Shown: positions 1 to 10,122 of the stretch, piece by piece
How the letters are laid out: each line of letters begins with the position of its first letter
Position numbering within the stretch: position 1 is the first letter of the stretch
Source: a bacterium
GTDB lineage: Bacteria; Hydrothermota; 32-111
Assembly: GCA_046484245.1 (NCBI GenBank)
Contig: JAWOBN010000047.1
Span: forward strand, 1-10,934
Length of the DNA: 10,934 nucleotides
Direction: 5' to 3'
Position numbers and translations under genes: made by a program
The notes under the pieces: generated by a model
The model's input: the letters and a program-made list of their open reading frames with translations, nothing else
What the model was told of the DNA's origin: nothing
Databases searched by the model: none

Positions 1-2
1 AC

Positions 3-617
3 AAGGTAAGAGGTGTCAATTATCACGGTTATTCTTCAAGCAGTTCATACACATCCATTGAAGTAACTACAACAGGTATTCAGAGTGTCAATCTCTCTGC
101 AATGCAGGTCAATGCTGATGTTGTACTGACATGGAACAGTGATATCAATGACGGTTCCAAGTGGAATATACTGAGAAATGACAGGAATGGATCTGAGAAT
201 GTGGGAACTGTTGACATAAGTAATGGTTCCTCTTATAAGTTCACAGACAAGACAGTACCTGAAAACGGCATATACAAATACACACTGGAGCTTGTCAAGA
301 ATGACGGTTCCGCTGTCAAGTTTGATGAGATCAGTCTCAAATATTTCAACAATCTTGTATTCGGTCTTAGTAATATAAGGCAGAATCCCATAAAGAATGA
401 CTTTGATCTGAAGTATTCACTGGACAGAGAGGGTGAAGTCACACTCACTGTTTATGATATTACAGGTTCAGCAGTCAAGACCCTTGTCAAATCCGGTATG
501 AATCCCGGAGTTTATTCTGCAAAGGTCAATGTGTCCGATATTTCATCAGGCACATACTTCGCAGTTCTGAAACAGGGTGAAAGGGAAGCAAGAAGAAAAC
601 TGCTTATAATCAAATAA
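3..617 (+). CDS. 5'-truncated secreted protein with Ig/FN3-like modules and a T9SS type-A (Por secretion)/FlgD-like C-terminal sorting domain
   Basis: The frame is open from base 3 (KVRGVNYHGYSSSSSYTSIEVTTTGIQSVNLSAMQ...), so the ATG at 102 is internal. The C-terminus ...QNPIKNDFDLKYSL...VTLTVYDITGSAVKTL...GVYS...ISSGTYFAVL...RKLLIIK has the typical CTD pattern (NP, YD.xG..V, SG.Y, KxxxxK end). Confidence 0.85.
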   Translation, partial: KVRGVNYHGYSSSSSYTSIEVTTTGIQSVNLSAMQVNADVVLTWNSDINDGSKWNILRNDRNGSENVGTVDISNGSSYKFTDKTVPENGIYKYTLELVKNDGSAVKFDEISLKYFNNLVFGLSNIRQNPIKNDFDLKYSLDREGEVTLTVYDITGSAVKTLVKSGMNPGVYSAKVNVSDISSGTYFAVLKQGEREARRKLLIIK

Positions 618-624
618 GCAGGCA

Positions 625-659
625 AATAAAAAAGGCGGTCAATGACCGCCTTTTTTATT
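625..659. terminator. Bidirectional intrinsic terminator
   Basis: Perfect inverted repeat AATAAAAAAGGCGGTC-aat-GACCGCCTTTTTTATT with a T-tract on both strands. It lies between two convergent stop codons (617 on +, 681 on -). Confidence 0.93.
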
Positions 660-680
660 ATTCCAAAAGTAAAAATCTAT

Positions 681-2712
<2,032 letters not shown>

Positions 2713-3183
2713 TTACTGTTCCAGAAAATAAGTGTTTGTAAGATCATATATCTGGAATACTGTGTAGAATACAACAGCAACCCTGTATATGAAGGACACG
2801 CCCTCTTTGAATCCCACCCAGAAATTTGAAGGGACAATCACTGTATCACCCGGTTTGAGAACAGGGTTATGAGCAGGATTATTGTTCTTCTTGTATTCCC
2901 CGATATCACATACTATTCTTTCTCCGTTTTCCCTCATTATTATGATACTGTTGAGATTGGCTCCATCCACAGGACCGCCGGCAAATGACATGGCAGTAAT
3001 GAGTTTTGTACCGTCCGGTACAATCTTGCTGCCTGACTGTCTTACCTGCCCCCATATATTGACCCTTATCATGAGGAGATTCTGTTCTTCAGGGGAAAGA
3101 TAATTGCCTGTTGTTTCCATCTGGGCAAATACATACGGTGAGAGCATTACCATTATCATCAGGACTGAAATTATTTTTTTCAT
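2713..3183 (-). CDS. SLBB-domain (Wza/polysaccharide export-like) small protein
   Basis: Signal-peptide-like N-terminus (..YVFA/Q). SLBB beta-grasp pattern VNIWGQVRQSG...L..AMSFAGG...ANL..I.IMR...NPVLKPGDTVIVP. C-terminal hydrophobic/amphipathic helix. RBS AAAGGAG upstream. Confidence 0.8.
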   Translation of the reverse strand: MKKIISVLMIMVMLSPYVFAQMETTGNYLSPEEQNLLMIRVNIWGQVRQSGSKIVPDGTKLITAMSFAGGPVDGANLNSIIIMRENGERIVCDIGEYKKNNNPAHNPVLKPGDTVIVPSNFWVGFKEGVSFIYRVAVVFYTVFQIYDLTNTYFLEQ

Positions 3184-3212
3184 TAAGAGTCTCCTTTCTG
3201 TATTAATTTGAT

Positions 3213-3240
3213 ATTATAATATCAAAAATAAAAAATTCAA
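3213..3240 (-). promoter_or_regulatory. Putative sigma70 promoter for SLBB-gmd-G1PDH-like unit
   Basis: On the minus strand: TTGAAT (3240-3235), 16 nt, then TATAAT (3218-3213). The -10 box is embedded in the 20-bp perfect palindrome at 3207-3226. Confidence 0.65.
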
Positions 3241-3262
3241 GCTGCAAATGTGATTAATAAAC

Positions 3263-4636
3263 TTAATCAGATTCAAAGAATGCCTTATACCCCTTATGTG
3301 TTTCATAGAGGTCTGCTTTTGATACAATTTCAAATGGTGAATGCATTCCGATAATTGGAGGACCGCAGTCAATGACATTCATGCCGTATTCAGCCATGAA
3401 TTTTGCTATTGTGCCGCCTCCGCCTTCATCAACCTTGCCCATTTCGGATGTCTGCCATTTGACATCTGCTTCATTGAATATGGTCCTCACCTTGAAGACA
3501 AATTCAGCATCAGCATCATTGGCAGCTGCCTTGCCCCTGCTTCCGGTGAACTTGACAAGTGCAATACCCATTCCAATAACAGAAGCATTCTGCTTTTCAT
3601 GCACATCCGAATAATCCGGATTTATACCTGCACTGACATCAGATGACAGCATCTCACTGTTGCGCATCACAGTTCTTATATTGGCATAAGTCGGCTCAAT
3701 TTCTTCTCTCTTGAGAATTTCAATAACTATGTCCTCTATGAATCTTGACTGTGCTCCCGTCTTGCCGTTTGAACCCACTTCCTCTTTGTCAAACATTAAT
3801 GCACAGACAGTCCTTTTGTTATCGGAAGTGAATATTGCTGTTGCTGATGTATAGGCGCAGACCCTGTCATCATGGCCGTATGCACCGACCAGCCCCCTGT
3901 CAAATCCCACATCCCTTGCATTCTCTGAAGGCACTACTTCAATCTCTGCAGAGAGGAAATCCTCCTCCTCTATCCCGTATTCACTGTTGAGGAGTTCAAG
4001 AATATTCATCTTTATGAGGTTCTTCTCCTTGTTGTCTTTGTAATTCAGCGGTATTGAACCGAATATCACATTGAGTTTCTCTCCTTCAAAAGCATCCGAA
4101 ACACTCTTCTTGTTCTGTTTGGCTGAGAGATGCGGCAGAAGGTCTGATATGACAAGAACCGGGTCATCGGGTTTTTCGCCTATTCTCACTTCAACCCTTG
4201 TCCCGTCCTTCTTGAATATAATACCGTAGAGTGAAAGAGGCCTGCTGAGCCAGTGATACTTCTTTATTCCTCCGTAATAATGTGTCTTGAGCTGGGCAAA
4301 CCCGTCCTTCTCATAGAGAGGATTCTGCTTGAGGTCAATCCTCGGCACATCAATATGGGATGCAATGAACTTTATGCCCTCAAGAGCGGATTGCTCGCCC
4401 TTCTTCACTATTGCGAGGTTTTTATTGCTGTTCTCAATAAAGAACTGCTTGTCATTGTTAATATGGAAGCCGTTCTCCTCAGCCATTTTGATTAGTTCAA
4501 GTACGGAGAATCTCTCTGTCTTTGCTCTGTCAAGAAATGATTTATAATCTTCCGCATAAGCCATCAAATCCTTCTTTACTTTGTCATCATAAGAATGCCA
4601 TGCACTCTGCTTTTCATATAACAGTTTCTTGTTCAT
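3263..4636 (-). CDS. M18 family aminopeptidase (ApeA/aminopeptidase I-like)
   Basis: Metal and catalytic motifs ASHIDVPRIDLK, THYYGGIKKYHW, GHDDRVC, DKEEVGS, SSDVSAG, GGGGTIA and GMHSPFE. Confidence 0.92.
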   Translation of the reverse strand: MNKKLLYEKQSAWHSYDDKVKKDLMAYAEDYKSFLDRAKTERFSVLELIKMAEENGFHINNDKQFFIENSNKNLAIVKKGEQSALEGIKFIASHIDVPRIDLKQNPLYEKDGFAQLKTHYYGGIKKYHWLSRPLSLYGIIFKKDGTRVEVRIGEKPDDPVLVISDLLPHLSAKQNKKSVSDAFEGEKLNVIFGSIPLNYKDNKEKNLIKMNILELLNSEYGIEEEDFLSAEIEVVPSENARDVGFDRGLVGAYGHDDRVCAYTSATAIFTSDNKRTVCALMFDKEEVGSNGKTGAQSRFIEDIVIEILKREEIEPTYANIRTVMRNSEMLSSDVSAGINPDYSDVHEKQNASVIGMGIALVKFTGSRGKAAANDADAEFVFKVRTIFNEADVKWQTSEMGKVDEGGGGTIAKFMAEYGMNVIDCGPPIIGMHSPFEIVSKADLYETHKGYKAFFESD

Positions 4637-5394
4637 CTTATATCTCCTTTTTCTGTTAATATTTCATAATCATTTTTCCTTATCAAAACAGTATTCTCAT
4701 AATGTGCAGAACGCCTGCCGTCCTGTGTTACTGCTGTCCACCCGTCTGACAGTATCATAACGCGGTAGTCACCTCTGTTCACCATGGGTTCAATAGCTAG
4801 GGTCATGCCTGCCTTTAACTGCGGGCCTGTTCCCGGTGTCCCGAAATTGAGAAAAGACGGCTCTTCATGCAATTGCCTTCCTGTACCGTGCGAGACAAAA
4901 TCCCTCACAAGGCTGAACCCCGTACCCTCAATTGTCTTCTGTATTGCAAATGATATATCATAGAGGAAATTACCCTCTACAGCCATGGATGCGCCATTGA
5001 AGAAAGCCTCTCTCGTCTTTTCAATGAGAGTAAGCGACTCACTGTCTGTTTGTCCTGCAGCAAATGTCCTGGCTGCATCTGTTATCATGCCCTTGTATAT
5101 AATCCCCAGATCAATGGATACAATGGCCCCCTCTTCAATAACCTTCTTCCTGGAGGGTATGCCGTGAACAATCTCCTCATTTACAGATATGCATGTGGCT
5201 GCAGGATATCCCCTGTAGCCCTTGAACGGCGATTTGACCCTGTGTCTCTTCAGCTCCTTTCTCACAGCTATCTCAATATCAGCTGTTGTAATACCGGGTT
5301 TTATCATATCACCTGCCATTTCAAGGATTTCGGCATGTATCCGGCCGGCTGTTCTCATCTTCTCAATTTCTCTATCTGTCTTTATCGGGATCAT
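4633..5394 (-). CDS. map: Type I methionine aminopeptidase
   Basis: Motifs GYRGYPAATCISVNEEIVHGIP, SIDLG, TDAART, HGTGRQLHEEP, AIEPM, DGWTAVTQDGRRSAHYENT. All five metal ligands (D, D, H, E, E) are recognisable. Confidence 0.95.
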   Translation of the reverse strand: MIPIKTDREIEKMRTAGRIHAEILEMAGDMIKPGITTADIEIAVRKELKRHRVKSPFKGYRGYPAATCISVNEEIVHGIPSRKKVIEEGAIVSIDLGIIYKGMITDAARTFAAGQTDSESLTLIEKTREAFFNGASMAVEGNFLYDISFAIQKTIEGTGFSLVRDFVSHGTGRQLHEEPSFLNFGTPGTGPQLKAGMTLAIEPMVNRGDYRVMILSDGWTAVTQDGRRSAHYENTVLIRKNDYEILTEKGDIR

Positions 5395-6146
5395 AGTGTC
5401 CTCATGTAATTGACTATTTCAATTGGGGACATACTGCTGTCCCTGATTTCCAGAACCCTCAATACACTCTTGTCAGCAATGGACAGCAGTTTTCTTACAT
5501 CCGGGCTCTCTGCCCTGTCAAAGAAGGAATGGCTGTCATGTGAACCGCTGTTTGTATGTATATGCATAAGGGGAATATGCGCCTTGAAACTCCTGTATAT
5601 GTCGGTTAAATTGAGGCCGCTTATCAATGCATGGCCTGTGTCCAGGCAGATACTGTATCCACTGTCTGTAATTTTTTCAAAACCCTCTCTGTCATAAAAC
5701 AGGCGGCCGGGAAGTGTGTTTTCAATAAGGAGCTCTATCTTGTATCTCTGAGCTGTCTCATTGATCTCAGCAAGTGAATCAAATGCATTATTCCACCTCT
5801 TATCTCTATCATTATCATTTATAGGCGTGGATATGTGCAGGACAGTGTAACGGGCTTGGAGTCTCCCTGCAATAACAACTGCTTTCTCAATATTCCTTAT
5901 GCTTCTCTTCCTCTCATATGTATTGAGGCAGGAAATATCCGTTTTATGAAACGGTGCATGCACACTGATTATATCAACCGAATATTTCCGGGCTTCATCC
6001 CTTATTGCATCAATATTGTCCGGACTGTCACTCTCTATCATGTCAGAAACTCTCAGCTCAACCTTGTCTGCTGCCTCACCTATATATTCAAAGGGATTAT
6101 TATATCCCCTGAGTAATACCTGTGAAACAACAATATTATCATTCAT
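5391..6146 (-). CDS. Sugar phosphate isomerase/epimerase family (xylose isomerase-like/AP endonuclease 2 TIM barrel)
   Basis: Motifs SVHAPF...DISC...R..SI, VLH, IENT, CLDTGHA, HIH.N.G..D.H and VLEI. The substrate cannot be inferred from these. Confidence 0.8.
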   Translation of the reverse strand: MNDNIVVSQVLLRGYNNPFEYIGEAADKVELRVSDMIESDSPDNIDAIRDEARKYSVDIISVHAPFHKTDISCLNTYERKRSIRNIEKAVVIAGRLQARYTVLHISTPINDNDRDKRWNNAFDSLAEINETAQRYKIELLIENTLPGRLFYDREGFEKITDSGYSICLDTGHALISGLNLTDIYRSFKAHIPLMHIHTNSGSHDSHSFFDRAESPDVRKLLSIADKSVLRVLEIRDSSMSPIEIVNYMRTL

Positions 6147-6903
6147 CTGTTTCTTTCTCTTTCACTATGGAACCGGCAATATGATTGAATATCCTGACAT
6201 TGTCATTGTTACGCTCTTCAAAAAGAGGTCTGCCTCTGTTTGAAGATTCAAGCAGGGCTCTGTCAAAGGGCAATTTTGCAATAACATCTATGTTTTCTGA
6301 GGACACATACTCTTCAAATCCCGTATCGGAAAACAGCTCTGTCCTGTTATGACAGCCTGAGCATTTCACTTCAAACATATTCTCAACAATACCCTTCAGT
6401 TCAATGGAATACTGCTGCATGAAGCTCATTGTGCGCTTCAGACTTATAACAGCTGCCGCTTCACATGTTGTGACTGCTATTGCATTACTAACATAATCCT
6501 CTCTGTCAAGCACTTCCATGATTGCAGTTGTAAACACAGATGGTGTGTCTATCAGTATATAATCCGGATTACCCCAGTCCGTATCCTCTATGAACTGTTT
6601 AACAAGCAGTTCATGCATATAGTACCGCATCACCACAGGATAATCCTTCTTCTCAATGAAAAACTCATTGGATACTACTGAGAGATTATTTGTGACAGAT
6701 ACGGGAACAATGGATTTATTCCTTATCTCCATCCTTGAACCGGCAACACCGAGATAATGAGCAATCATCGGTGAAGTAAAGTTGAGGTCCAGTATGCCGA
6801 CCTTCTTCCCGTATTTACCGGCTAAACTGTGAGCAATATTACTGATAATGGTGCTCTTGCCCGCACCGCCTTTATTGCTGAGGAATATTATATTTTCAGA
6901 CAC
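6139..6903 (-). CDS. Divergent Mrp/NBP35/ApbC family P-loop ATPase (Fe-S cluster carrier-like)
   Basis: Deviant Walker A SNKGGAGKST, DWGNPDYILIDTP, and GIVENM...CSGC (CxxC) followed by LPFD. The GTG start at 6903 overlaps the lipA stop. Confidence 0.82.
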   Translation of the reverse strand: MSENIIFLSNKGGAGKSTIISNIAHSLAGKYGKKVGILDLNFTSPMIAHYLGVAGSRMEIRNKSIVPVSVTNNLSVVSNEFFIEKKDYPVVMRYYMHELLVKQFIEDTDWGNPDYILIDTPSVFTTAIMEVLDREDYVSNAIAVTTCEAAAVISLKRTMSFMQQYSIELKGIVENMFEVKCSGCHNRTELFSDTGFEEYVSSENIDVIAKLPFDRALLESSNRGRPLFEERNNDNVRIFNHIAGSIVKEKETDE

Positions 6904-7747
6904 TTTTCAGCTCCTCGTAAGTTTTTTTTGCTTTATATGATGAGCGCACAAATACACCTGATACAGCCCTTTTGACACCTGCCTTTTCTGCCCTCTCTTT
7001 CAACATGGAATAATCATCAGCTGTATAGTAATGAACAACCCCGGCATTATCCCTGTCTGATTTTATATACTGTCCAATTGTGAGTATATCAGCACATTCT
7101 GCTATGTCTTCAAAGAGAGAGTCAATCTCCTCCATGGTCTCGCCGAGTCCGAGCATAATACCTGTCTTTGTTATAAAACCCGTGTCTTTGGCTCTCTTAA
7201 GCATTGAGAGTGAGAAGGAGTAATCAGCACCCGGTCTTATTCTCTGATAGAGCCCGGGGACTGTTTCAAGATTATGATTGAACACATCTATATTCTCCGT
7301 ACTGAGTTTTGAGAGATTGCTGAGGTCCTGCCTGAAATCAGGAACAAGCATCTCAATTCTGAGGTTTGGGAATGCGGATTTGAGCTTCGCGGCAGTCTCA
7401 TTGAAATAGCCGGCTCCACCGTCTTCAATATCATCCCTTGTTACAGATGTTATTACCACATAATCCAATTTCATAAGGCGGATTGCCTCTGTCATCTCAT
7501 CAATCTCCCTGCTGTCAAGCGGGCCCGGAGAGCCGCTTTTCACAGCACAGAATGCACAATTCCTTGTGCAGATATCACCCATAATGAGGAATGTCGCAGT
7601 TGAGTTGCTGAAGCATTCGCCCCTATTGGGACAGAGCGCCTCATTACAGATTGTGTGTATGTGTTTCTTGGAATCCAGAAAACCCTTTATACGCGTATCA
7701 ATGTGCTTGCGTTTAAGCAGTGTCCTGTATTCTTTTGGTAAACTCAT
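6896..7747 (-). CDS. lipA: Lipoyl synthase (radical SAM)
   Basis: Auxiliary-cluster motif CNEALCPNRGEC (CX4CX5C), radical SAM motif CTRNCAFC, VVITSVTRDD, FNHNLETV, KTGIMLGLGE, TIGQY and C-terminal VRSSY. Confidence 0.96.
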   Translation of the reverse strand: MSLPKEYRTLLKRKHIDTRIKGFLDSKKHIHTICNEALCPNRGECFSNSTATFLIMGDICTRNCAFCAVKSGSPGPLDSREIDEMTEAIRLMKLDYVVITSVTRDDIEDGGAGYFNETAAKLKSAFPNLRIEMLVPDFRQDLSNLSKLSTENIDVFNHNLETVPGLYQRIRPGADYSFSLSMLKRAKDTGFITKTGIMLGLGETMEEIDSLFEDIAECADILTIGQYIKSDRDNAGVVHYYTADDYSMLKERAEKAGVKRAVSGVFVRSSYKAKKTYEELKSV

Positions 7748-8093
7748 CTATTATTTCATTCCTTTCATTCATCACAATTACATTGAGTTTGTAGTCAGTA
7801 AGCTCCTCTTCACTGAACATTGCAAATGAGAGTACTATGCATCTGTCACTTTTATTGACCAGTCTTGCTGCACCGCCGTTGATGCCTATCTCCCTGCTGC
7901 CTCTGGGAGCTTCAATAACATAGGTTTCAAACCTGTTGCCATTATTAATGTCAATCACCAGGACCTTTTCTCCGACAAGCAGCCCTGCTTTGTCCATGAA
8001 ATCCCTGTCAATGGAGATACTCCCCTCATAATCAATATCCGTAAATGTAATTGCTGCTCTGTGTATTTTGGCTTTCGCCATTATTCTAAACAT
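7713..8093 (-). CDS. panD: Aspartate 1-decarboxylase (pyruvoyl proenzyme)
   Basis: Motifs KAKIHRA, YEG/SISID (Gly-Ser self-cleavage site), NGNRFETYVI and INGGAARL. RBS AGAGG lies 7 nt upstream. Confidence 0.96.
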   Translation of the reverse strand: MFRIMAKAKIHRAAITFTDIDYEGSISIDRDFMDKAGLLVGEKVLVIDINNGNRFETYVIEAPRGSREIGINGGAARLVNKSDRCIVLSFAMFSEEELTDYKLNVIVMNERNEIIDEFTKRIQDTA

Positions 8094-8120
8094 ATATTAA
8101 CCTCTTTTAATTGATATTTA

Positions 8121-8148
8121 ATTATATATTGACACTTCCCTTTGTCAA
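8121..8148 (-). promoter_or_regulatory. Consensus sigma70 promoter for panD-lipA operon
   Basis: On the minus strand: TTGACA (8148-8143), 16 nt, then TATAAT (8126-8121), ending 27 nt upstream of the panD ATG. Confidence 0.85.
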
Positions 8149-8208
8149 GGAGACATTTTGCGCAGAAAAATATCCAAATCCCGGGGACGGTCCTTCATTT
8201 CTATAACC

Positions 8209-9024
8209 TTATTTCTTTATATGTAACATATTATAGACTGTTGTCTGGCTCCTGTTTATAAGCCTTGCTATTGATGATTGGCTGTAACCGTTCTTTATTA
8301 GGGCTTTTAGAACCTTTGATAACCGTTTCTTTTCTTCTTTGCTGCGTTTTCTGAAAAATATCTGCATATCAAGATCATGTTCACGCAACAATGCTTTTAA
8401 TTTTTCTTCCAGCTCCTTCTTCCGCCTTTCCTTATGCTTACTCTTCTTCCTTGTTGGTTTACGCTTGAGCAGTTTCTCATATTCCTCTTTGGTGCCTATT
8501 ACGCCCTTGTAGGTCTCAAACTCCCTGTCCGTTATGCTCCTGTCATAATCTATTTTCTTTAATTGTCCTATATAGCTCTTCTTGCCTTCATAGAATCCGG
8601 CACTGGAAAACGGGTAATCACTCTCTTTACTTACTATACCTGCATCCACAGGATTATAATGTATATAATTTAACACTCTCGGGATACCCCTCTCTTCTTT
8701 GAGTATCGGTTCACTGCCGAATCTCCCCTGGAATACATGGCCTACTGTACCGTACTTCTTATTGAAGTATATGGCATATCTTGTATTGACCTTTTTCATG
8801 AATTGCGCCAGTGGGGTATTGCGCCTGTAAACAAGCAGGTGGAAGTGATTGCGCATAATACAGTATGCATACAGTTCTATGTCTGTTTCATCAAGCACCT
8901 GCTTCAGGATATTGACGAATGCGCCAATATCATCATTTGAGAAGAATATAGGGTTCTTTCTCTGTCCTCTGGCATATACATGATAATAATAGCCTTTTAC
9001 ATCATGTCTGGCTTTTCTCGTCAT
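8209..9024 (-). CDS. REP-associated tyrosine transposase (RAYT; IS200-like Y1 HUH domain) with C-terminal HTH
   Basis: Motifs YYHVYARG...IF, AYCIMRNHFHLL (HUH), GHVFQGRF.S, YIHYNPVDAGIV (catalytic Tyr) and YPFSS. These are followed by a Lys/Arg-rich linker and HTH-like GYSQSSIARLINRSQTTVYNML. RBS GAGGAGG. Confidence 0.9.
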   Translation of the reverse strand: MTRKARHDVKGYYYHVYARGQRKNPIFFSNDDIGAFVNILKQVLDETDIELYAYCIMRNHFHLLVYRRNTPLAQFMKKVNTRYAIYFNKKYGTVGHVFQGRFGSEPILKEERGIPRVLNYIHYNPVDAGIVSKESDYPFSSAGFYEGKKSYIGQLKKIDYDRSITDREFETYKGVIGTKEEYEKLLKRKPTRKKSKHKERRKKELEEKLKALLREHDLDMQIFFRKRSKEEKKRLSKVLKALIKNGYSQSSIARLINRSQTTVYNMLHIKK

Positions 9025-9047
9025 ATTGACCTCCTCATTATGCTATT

Positions 9048-9076
9048 ATAATATCACAAAATTGCTTAAATTGCAA
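9048..9076 (-). promoter_or_regulatory. Putative RAYT promoter
   Basis: On the minus strand: TTGCAA (9076-9071), 17 nt, then TATTAT (9053-9048) with an extended TG and an overlapping TATAAT (9050-9045). The -35 box abuts the right IR. Confidence 0.55.
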
Positions 9077-9101
9077 CCACCGTCCCTGGGAGTTGGATGG
9101 G

Positions 9102-10115
9102 TTATTTGAGGATTTTGTTGTTTTCTGCGAAACTGGGGGCTGAGTTTGGGAAATCTTCAAGGGAGAGTTTTTTTATCAGATTGAAGGCTGAATTACTGCT
9201 GTCACGCCTTACACCATGCCATTTCTTTTGATAGAATGAGTGGATCTTGCCTCCAATAAAAGAGCCGTCATCAGCAAGAGTCACTGTAAGCAGTGGCGCA
9301 TATCCTGCAATGCCCCATGTATTGACATTGGTATATGTGAGGAAATTGCCCAGTGAATATGCAATGAGGCGGTCTTTGTAAATTTCCATTGCCCGAGGCA
9401 CATGGGGACCGTGGCCAATGACAAGGTCAGCACCAGCGTCAATGACTGCCCTTGAGAATTTGACTATATTGCCCCTGTTCTCCCCGTGGTAATACTCCGT
9501 TGTGTCAGCAGTATGCAGTGTGTCCCTGCTCTCCATTCCGCCGTGGAAAGTCACTATGATTATGTCATATTGCTCATTTAAATCCTCAATAATGCTTCTG
9601 CTTGTCTTGATGTCCGTGAGATTGTTCATGCCCCAGTAAACAGAGAAACCAATTACTGCTATTTTTATGTCACCCTTTCTGTATCCTGCAATGTCTGCGG
9701 GAAAACCTGTGTATTGAATGCCTGCTGAGTCCAGCATGAGTTTTGTTCTTTCAAGCCCGTATTCACCAAAATCCCTCGCATGATTGTTTGCAAGATTCAT
9801 TACGTCAAATCCTGCTTCTTTGAGAGTCCAGGCATAAACTTCCGGCGAGCGGAATGCATATACCCTGCCCTTTGTTGTGTCCTTTCTTGTCCGGCCTGTA
9901 TCCAGTAATGCGCATTCCAGATTGCCCATTGCAATGTCCGCCCCCCGGAGCATCTCAAGAGCATCACGGAACAGACATTTACCATTCTCAATAGGGAGTT
10001 TATCTTCATTGAATGTATTTGCAGGCATTATATCACCCACTGCTGCAATGGTAAGACCACCTGAATGTATGAATGCTGCAGAAAGCAGAATGAATATTAT
10101 TATCATAGTTTTCAT
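9102..10115 (-). CDS. CapA/PGA_cap family metallophosphatase-like exported protein
   Basis: Motifs AAVGDIM, GNLE, GFDVMNLANNHARDFG, VTFHGG, DAGADLVIGHGPHVPR and AYSLGNF. A signal-peptide-like MKTMIIIFILLSAAF starts at ATG 10115. The longer ORF start at 10199 is unlikely. Confidence 0.88.
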   Translation of the reverse strand: MKTMIIIFILLSAAFIHSGGLTIAAVGDIMPANTFNEDKLPIENGKCLFRDALEMLRGADIAMGNLECALLDTGRTRKDTTKGRVYAFRSPEVYAWTLKEAGFDVMNLANNHARDFGEYGLERTKLMLDSAGIQYTGFPADIAGYRKGDIKIAVIGFSVYWGMNNLTDIKTSRSIIEDLNEQYDIIIVTFHGGMESRDTLHTADTTEYYHGENRGNIVKFSRAVIDAGADLVIGHGPHVPRAMEIYKDRLIAYSLGNFLTYTNVNTWGIAGYAPLLTVTLADDGSFIGGKIHSFYQKKWHGVRRDSSNSAFNLIKKLSLEDFPNSAPSFAENNKILK

Positions 10116-10122
10116 ACAAGCA

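Larger units (their letters stand above)
8172..9098. mobile_element. 927-bp RAYT cassette bounded by 20-bp imperfect inverted repeats
   Basis: Left ATCCAAATCCCGGGGACGGT (8172-8191) and right ACCGTCCCTGGGAGTTGGAT (9079-9098) match at 18/20 positions as reverse complements. They enclose only the transposase gene and its promoter. Confidence 0.7.

Noticed and set aside
8209..9024. IS200/IS605 element with tnpB
   Set aside because: There is no tnpB, and the protein has RAYT-type motifs (YIHYNPV..G, FQGRF) plus a C-terminal extension rather than being a short IS200 TnpA.
9102..10115. Poly-gamma-glutamate capsule locus
   Set aside because: There is no capB/capC in the window, and stand-alone CapA-family proteins are widespread.
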